A stretch of DNA of 64,000 nt from Candidatus Aenigmatarchaeota archaeon (GTDB taxonomy: Archaea > Aenigmatarchaeota > Aenigmatarchaeia > CG10238-14 > SCSR01). The notes under the pieces were generated by a model. It had not been told where the DNA came from. It saw nothing but the letters and a program-made list of their open reading frames with translations, and did not search any database. Position 1 is the first letter of the stretch. Every line of letters begins with the position of its first letter. The DNA is taken from assembly GCA_016187415.1 (NCBI GenBank), contig JACPJT010000007.1, positions 132,821-196,820 on the forward strand, read 5' to 3'. Made by a program: the position numbers and the translations under genes. Positions 58,752-64,000 of this stretch are shown piece after piece.

Positions 58752-59609
58752 TCACTTTGTATTCAGTTCGGAATGAAACATTATTTCATCATGCAATAAT
58801 TCAAACTTATATTTCTTCAATATATCATAAAGTATTTTGTTTAATTCGTTTCGATAATTTTTCGATTGTGATGAATAGAACTGATTTAAGAACTCTTGAT
58901 CAATCCACTTCAATTCTTTCAGCATTCGTTCTCTAATATATGGAGCAAGGTTTATGTGCTCAATAAAAAGTTTACGAGTACCAGTTTCATATATCGCTTT
59001 CAAAACTTTGTCCAGTTCTTCCTTCTTCGCAACAAAATGTGGAAGAAGCGGACCTAGAAATGCATATGTCTTTATTCCAGCTTGATTTAATTTTTTCAAT
59101 GTTGATATCCTTGAGCTTGCGAGTGGTGCATTCTTTTCAAAGTACCTAGATATCTTGTCATCTGTAGATGTAATGGTTAAACCAACTTCAACATCTTTGA
59201 TTCTTTTTAGTATTGGTAGAACCTTCAGAACAAGTGGAGACTTTGTAAGTATAGAAAGTTGCCCTGCAAAACCATAGTCAGCAATTATCTGAAGACATCT
59301 CTCCGAAAGTTTGTACTTTGCCTCATATCCAAGAAATGGATCTGTAACAGAACTGAGAAAAACAACTTTACCCTTTCCCTTATTCGGAAGTTTTTTAATT
59401 TCATTTTTCAAAAGTTCAGGTGCATTTACCTTTGCATATACATATCCTCCCCAATCTGAAACCTTTTTCTTAACGAATCTTCCCATAAAACTTGCATAAC
59501 AATAACTGCAACCGAAACTACATCCAACATAAGGATTTATCACATAGTCTGACTCGGGAAGATTTGATTTTACAAGAATAGATTTAGCATTCAATTCGCC
59601 TACAATCAT
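58752..59609 (-). CDS. SplB-like radical SAM protein
   Basis: INPYVGCSFGCSYCYA, SSVTDPF, ILTKS. Confidence 0.9.
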   Translation of the reverse strand: MIVGELNAKSILVKSNLPESDYVINPYVGCSFGCSYCYASFMGRFVKKKVSDWGGYVYAKVNAPELLKNEIKKLPNKGKGKVVFLSSVTDPFLGYEAKYKLSERCLQIIADYGFAGQLSILTKSPLVLKVLPILKRIKDVEVGLTITSTDDKISRYFEKNAPLASSRISTLKKLNQAGIKTYAFLGPLLPHFVAKKEELDKVLKAIYETGTRKLFIEHINLAPYIRERMLKELKWIDQEFLNQFYSSQSKNYRNELNKILYDILKKYKFELLHDEIMFHSELNTK

Positions 59610-59610
59610 G

Positions 59611-61143
59611 TTACACCCAATCCAATAAGTTATTTTTCTTCTTAACGCCCTTATCCTTCATTTTGTACAGCATGCCCTTCATCTTTTTTTCCTTCCTGAT
59701 AGATGAATAATAATACACTTCGTCTCTTGTGCCTTTGGTTATCAAAAATATCACCTTTCCTATGGACTGCCTCCCCACCCTTCCCCTTCGCTGGATGTTT
59801 CTGATTTCGCTCGGCACGCTTTCGTAAAATATGGCATAATCTATCGAAGGAACGTCTATGCCTTCTTCTATCACTTGCGTGCCTAACAAGACTGGAAACT
59901 CGCCTCCCTTGAATCTGTTCAGGACGTCCACCTGCTGCTGCTGCGTAAGTCCCCTGCCTTCCTTTATGGCCTGCCCAATAAGCACATCAGAATTAATTCC
60001 AGCTTCAGTCAGCATCTTGTTTATTTTTTCGACAGCCGCGCGATAGTTCGCGAATATGATTATCTTCGAATCCGGTTTTCCACCCAGCAATTTTTTCACA
60101 ACCTCAACGGTCTTTCTCAATTTCGGATGTTCTATATCGCTAATGGAGAGATCTTCGCATAATTTCACTGTTTCCCTGATTCTGGGATCCTTGAATAGTC
60201 TGATATCAGTTCTTTTCTTGCTCTTTTCTATTCTTTTGAGAAATTCGTACAGGAATTTCACGCCTTGGGTTTCCAACAATTCGATCGCATGCATCAACTT
60301 GATTGCGTCGGCTGTTCTCATCATGGCCCAGAAAGCGGCGTAGTTCTTTGACCCCCGCATATAGCTTGCAATAATCTTTCTCTGAGTGTCCAAAAGCATT
60401 TTTTTTATCGGCTTGTAACTAAAAGTGTAATGATGGTCCTTGAGCCAATACAAATCATCTTTGAGAACTTCTTCCAATAACGCCTTTATTTTTTTGAATT
60501 CCTCAGGCACTTCCACGTAAATAGTCTCGGTTTCAACTGGCTGGACATAACTTTCAACATCCGAATCGCTCTCGCTTCTTATCTCGACGCCTTTGATGAA
60601 AAGGTTGTCGCATATTTCCTGTATCTTTTCCTGTGTGGCGCCCGGCGATGCTGTCAGCCCCAGGATTTGAGGATATTTTGATTGCATCCTGTATTTCTTT
60701 GCGACATACGAGTACGAATATTCTTTTACAGTGCGGTGCGCCTCATCAAATACCACAAGGGAGAAATCGCCCAGATCAATCTTATTATTTTCCAAATCAT
60801 TTTCAATGGTTTGCGGCGTGGCGATTATGATTTTGGCACGCTTGTAAAGTCCAACCCTGTCTTCCGGCCTGACTTTTCCGGTCAACAGAATTATTTCATC
60901 TTTCGGCACATTTGTAAAATCTTCAAACGTCTTCTGGTGCTGCGCAGACAGCGGCCGAGTAGGCGACAGTATCATTATCTTGCTTTCGGGAAATTTTTCC
61001 AGTCTCTTCGCAGCGACCATCAGCGATATCAGTGTCTTGCCCATTCCCGTAGGCAGAACCACGAGTGTATTTTTCTGCGATGCGGATTCCGCTATGTGTT
61101 TTTGGTAATCCCTTGGCTGGAGAGACTCGTTAAGCAACGGCAT
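59611..61143 (-). CDS. hef: Hef/FANCM-like DEAH helicase (N-terminal half)
   Basis: PTGMGKT, DEAH, TASPG, QRRGRVGR; no fused nuclease. Confidence 0.92.
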   Translation of the reverse strand: MPLLNESLQPRDYQKHIAESASQKNTLVVLPTGMGKTLISLMVAAKRLEKFPESKIMILSPTRPLSAQHQKTFEDFTNVPKDEIILLTGKVRPEDRVGLYKRAKIIIATPQTIENDLENNKIDLGDFSLVVFDEAHRTVKEYSYSYVAKKYRMQSKYPQILGLTASPGATQEKIQEICDNLFIKGVEIRSESDSDVESYVQPVETETIYVEVPEEFKKIKALLEEVLKDDLYWLKDHHYTFSYKPIKKMLLDTQRKIIASYMRGSKNYAAFWAMMRTADAIKLMHAIELLETQGVKFLYEFLKRIEKSKKRTDIRLFKDPRIRETVKLCEDLSISDIEHPKLRKTVEVVKKLLGGKPDSKIIIFANYRAAVEKINKMLTEAGINSDVLIGQAIKEGRGLTQQQQVDVLNRFKGGEFPVLLGTQVIEEGIDVPSIDYAIFYESVPSEIRNIQRRGRVGRQSIGKVIFLITKGTRDEVYYYSSIRKEKKMKGMLYKMKDKGVKKKNNLLDWV

Positions 61144-61182
61144 TGTATAACTTTTAAATCCTTAGATTAATTAAGCGGTTGT

Positions 61183-61875
61183 ATGAAATTGGCGTCGCTC
61201 TTCAGCGGAGGAAAAGATTCTACTTACTCGTTGTTCCAAGCCGTGAAAGATGGGCATGAAATAAAATATCTCATAACTTTCAGGCCGAAGCGCAAAGATT
61301 CCTACATGTTTCACCATCCCTGCATCGAACTTACGACTTTGCAGGCCGAATCAATGGGCATAAAACAAATCATCGTCGATACTGCAGGCGAAAAAGAGAA
61401 AGAACTGGACGACATTGAAAAAATTCTGACCGAAATAAAAGGCGATATCGACGGCATAGTGTCGGGGGCACTCGCCAGCAACTATCAGAAGACACGGATT
61501 GATAACATATGCAGAAAGCTCGGCCTTGAAAGTCTGGCGCCATTGTGGAAAATCGATACCGAGAAATACTGGGAAGATTTGCTTTCAAACAATTTCACGG
61601 TCATGATCACTAGTTTTGCATCCGAGGGACTGAATGATAAATGGCTAGGCAGAATTGTGGATGCGAAAGCCGTTGCCGAATTGAAAGGCATCCGCGACAA
61701 GTCCGGTTTGCATCTGGGATTTGAAGGCGGCGAAGCGGAGTCACTCGTACTCGACTGCCCATTATTCAAGAAACAGCTTGTGGTAGAATCATTCGAAAAG
61801 GTTATTGACAAGACGACCAATAGTGGTTACATCAAGCCTACCAAGGCATACCTTAAAGAAAAGTTAAAGCAGTAG
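61183..61875 (+). CDS. dph6: Diphthine--ammonia ligase
   Basis: SGGKDS, SYMFH, EGGEAES. Confidence 0.9.
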   Translation: MKLASLFSGGKDSTYSLFQAVKDGHEIKYLITFRPKRKDSYMFHHPCIELTTLQAESMGIKQIIVDTAGEKEKELDDIEKILTEIKGDIDGIVSGALASNYQKTRIDNICRKLGLESLAPLWKIDTEKYWEDLLSNNFTVMITSFASEGLNDKWLGRIVDAKAVAELKGIRDKSGLHLGFEGGEAESLVLDCPLFKKQLVVESFEKVIDKTTNSGYIKPTKAYLKEKLKQ

Positions 61876-61895
61876 ATTCATTGATTAATATTTAT

Positions 61896-61989
61896 GCTGA
61901 GGTTGGACAGTCTGGTCGTCCAGCGGTCTCGAATAATCAAGACAACCGCCGCACGAAAGTGCATGTGGGTTCAAATCCCATCCTCAGCG
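61896..61989 (+). tRNA. tRNA-Ser(CGA) with 10-nt 37/38 intron (61934-61943)
   Basis: Long variable arm GCAC-GAAA-GTGC, G73; GCGGT-CTCGAA^A-ACCGC. Confidence 0.88.
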
Positions 61990-62349
61990 CTAATATTCTT
62001 GCCAAAAGCTTATCTTGTCCGCATTTTGATATCTTGTTCCACCTAAAGTTCTGAGTGTAGGCTGTGGAGGTCCCAGTGAATCAACCATTCTCCAATATGC
62101 ATCAGTATTGAGTTGAATATAAAATCCCGAATCATTTCTTCCTACCTTTATGCCAGTACCATATCTATCTTCAAAATCTTCTTGCTGAACTACAACTTTC
62201 TGGGCTTCTGGAACTTCTAGTTCGAGCGGTTTATGTCTTACTGTTAGTTTTCCTCCTTCCTGATATGTCTCTAACATACCCAATTTGGTGACATCATCCT
62301 TTGTTAGAAATATGTCAATATCATTATTTCGATAAGTTGCTCGAGCCAC
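61990..62349 (-). CDS. Hypothetical protein between two tRNAs
   Basis: 119-aa ORF. Confidence 0.6.
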   Translation of the reverse strand: MARATYRNNDIDIFLTKDDVTKLGMLETYQEGGKLTVRHKPLELEVPEAQKVVVQQEDFEDRYGTGIKVGRNDSGFYIQLNTDAYWRMVDSLGPPQPTLRTLGGTRYQNADKISFWQEY

Positions 62350-62393
62350 AGTTGTATTATGAATAAAAATCTATAAATCCTAAGCAAAATTAG

Positions 62394-62466
62394 GCGCTAA
62401 TAGTCTAGTCTGGTAGGATGTGACCTTCCCAAGGTCAAGACACGGGTTCAAATCCCGTTTGGCGCA
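62394..62466 (+). tRNA. tRNA-Gly(CCC), no intron
   Basis: TGACC-TTCCCAA-GGTCA cloverleaf. Confidence 0.95.
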
Positions 62467-62510
62467 TCAATATAATTTAAAAACCCCAAATATAGTTAGG
62501 TGATTGTTTA

Positions 62511-62693
62511 ATGGCAGAAGTCAAAGGCATGTATCACAAGCACGTATTTCCATTAACTGTCGCGGTTGCCGCCATAGTTTATGGCGCACTAGGATATGCG
62601 GGTCTAGACGCTAGGCTTGTATGGATCCTGACAGGATTGGTGACTTTCTTAATTGCGGGCATGTGGCATGACAAGATGTGCAAGACGGGCTAA
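62511..62693 (+). CDS. Small membrane protein
   Basis: AGGTGA RBS, two TMs, T-rich tract downstream. Confidence 0.7.
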   Translation: MAEVKGMYHKHVFPLTVAVAAIVYGALGYAGLDARLVWILTGLVTFLIAGMWHDKMCKTG

Positions 62694-62765
62694 ATCAAAA
62701 GCCCTCTTTCCTTCTTTTTGTTAAACCTTAAAAACCTATAATTACTAACTAATTTGCGATACTTT

Positions 62766-63131
62766 ATGTCCAAAAAAACAGGGCCAACAAATCCGTATCT
62801 CAGAAAATTGGCCGAGAACCTGAGGATAAAGTCGCGGGAGTTAAATGCCCCGATATGGGCGGTCATAGCCGAGAAATTATCAAAGCCTACAAGGCAGAGA
62901 ATAGAAGTCAATCTTTCTGACATAGAAAGGCATACAAGCGATGGCGAGACAATTATAGTTCCAGGCGTCGTTTTAGCGGCAGGCGTCCTGTCAAAGAAGA
63001 TAAGTGTCGCGGCTTGGAAATTCTCGCCTGCCGCTGAGGAAAAGATTAAGAGCGCAGCCGGCGAATGTTTAACGATAGAAAATCTGCTTGAAAAGAATCC
63101 AAAAGGTTCTAATGTAAAGATCATCTCGTGA
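62766..63131 (+). CDS. rpl18e: 50S ribosomal protein eL18
   Basis: GPTNP...EVNLSDI...NPKGSNVKII. Confidence 0.95.
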   Translation: MSKKTGPTNPYLRKLAENLRIKSRELNAPIWAVIAEKLSKPTRQRIEVNLSDIERHTSDGETIIVPGVVLAAGVLSKKISVAAWKFSPAAEEKIKSAAGECLTIENLLEKNPKGSNVKIIS

Positions 63132-63135
63132 TTTC

Positions 63136-63558
63136 ATGAAAATATACGACGCTGAAAACCAGATATTGGGAAGAATGTGCACATACGTGGCAAAGGATTT
63201 GCTTAAGGGGGAGAATATTGCAATCATAAACGCAGAAAAAGTTGTTCTTGCCGGCAATATCAAAAAGAAAATAGAGCATTATAGCATAAGGGTGAAAAGA
63301 GGAGACCCGTTCAAAGGACCTTTCTTTCCAAGATATCCGGACGACATTTTAAGGAGAACTGTCCGTGGGATGCTACCATGGAAGCAAGCAACAGGAAGAA
63401 GTGCTTTCAGGAAATTGAAAGTTTTCACAGGCGTGCCAGAAGAATATAAAAAGTTGCAAGCTGAAAAGATTAAGAGCGCAGACGCAAGCAAGTTAACGAC
63501 AACTTATGTTACATTGGGCGAATTATCAGTCAATTTAGGTGCCAAGAAAAGATGGTAA
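63136..63558 (+). CDS. rpl13: 50S ribosomal protein uL13
   Basis: DAENQILGR, GPFFPRYPD, RGMLP. Confidence 0.96.
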   Translation: MKIYDAENQILGRMCTYVAKDLLKGENIAIINAEKVVLAGNIKKKIEHYSIRVKRGDPFKGPFFPRYPDDILRRTVRGMLPWKQATGRSAFRKLKVFTGVPEEYKKLQAEKIKSADASKLTTTYVTLGELSVNLGAKKRW

Positions 63559-63980
63559 AGAAAAAAGAAAAGGACATTCACCAAACTGGAAAGAGAAGGC
63601 TTGCAATAGCAAGAGCCATGATAAGGCCCGGCAAAGGCATGGTCAGGGTAAATTCCACGCCGTTGGGTCTATGGGGCAGTGAAATGGCAAGAATGTGGGT
63701 GAAGGAGCCGCTGGAGATTGCCGGCGAACTGCCTAAGACAGTCGACATTGATGTCAGCGTCAGAAGCGGCGGGTTGATTGGACAGGCCGAAGCGGTAAGA
63801 ATGGCAATAGCCAGATGCCTTGTCGAGTATTCAAAAAGCAAAGAACTCAGGGAGCAGTATCTGCAGCTTGATAGGAATTTATTGGTTTATGATCCGAGAA
63901 GAAACGAAACTCATCATGGATCTGGACGCGGTGCCTCGAAACGTGGTTCTCGTAGGCACAAACAACGTAGTAAGCGTTAA
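63552..63980 (+). CDS. rps9: 30S ribosomal protein uS9
   Basis: GKRR.AIAR, GQAEAVRMAIAR, C-terminal QRSKR. Confidence 0.96.
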   Translation: MVKKKEKDIHQTGKRRLAIARAMIRPGKGMVRVNSTPLGLWGSEMARMWVKEPLEIAGELPKTVDIDVSVRSGGLIGQAEAVRMAIARCLVEYSKSKELREQYLQLDRNLLVYDPRRNETHHGSGRGASKRGSRRHKQRSKR

Positions 63981-64000
63981 ATATATTTTGTGACATATAT

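Noticed and set aside
1-64000. CRISPR arrays, rRNA, DGR template/variable repeats, and the many antisense ORFs in the track
   Set aside because: No spaced repeats, rRNA-like tract, reverse transcriptase or adenine-specific repeat pair was seen; the antisense ORFs are shadows of well-supported genes.

Overview
A 64-kb chromosomal segment from an archaeon. It carries class I LysRS, Cdc6/Orc1, SRP54/FtsY, Pus10, Rpo4, eL21/eL18/uL13/uS9, CDC48, TopA and an S-layer protein. Compact packing, a giant LamG/GNVGIG-repeat surface protein, a split Hef and intron-rich tRNAs suggest a DPANN lineage, possibly Aenigmarchaeota (inference). Main observations: (1) A ~10.4-kb integrative element (tyrosine integrase, RHH protein, SF3 helicase, NERD and PD-(D/E)xK nucleases, surface proteins) is bounded by a 12-bp direct repeat, TGAATGGGGATA (5342-5353 and 15757-15768). 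It sits inside a protein-coding gene, and excision would restore a 241-aa ORF in frame. (2) Nine tRNA genes carry nine introns. The initiator tRNA-Met has an acceptor-stem (4/5) intron whose bulge-helix-bulge (BHB) is built with the 5' leader, and that leader also holds a duplicate of the mature 5' end. A free-standing LAGLIDADG gene overlaps this tRNA antisense. (3) Smaller signals include a 7-codon minigene (MAKKKKR) with TATA, RBS and terminator, a Cys-depleted radical-SAM pseudoenzyme, a convergent toxin-antitoxin pair, apparent D1/D2 gene conversion in cdc48, and candidate structured RNAs. All calls come from manual reading; no searches were run.
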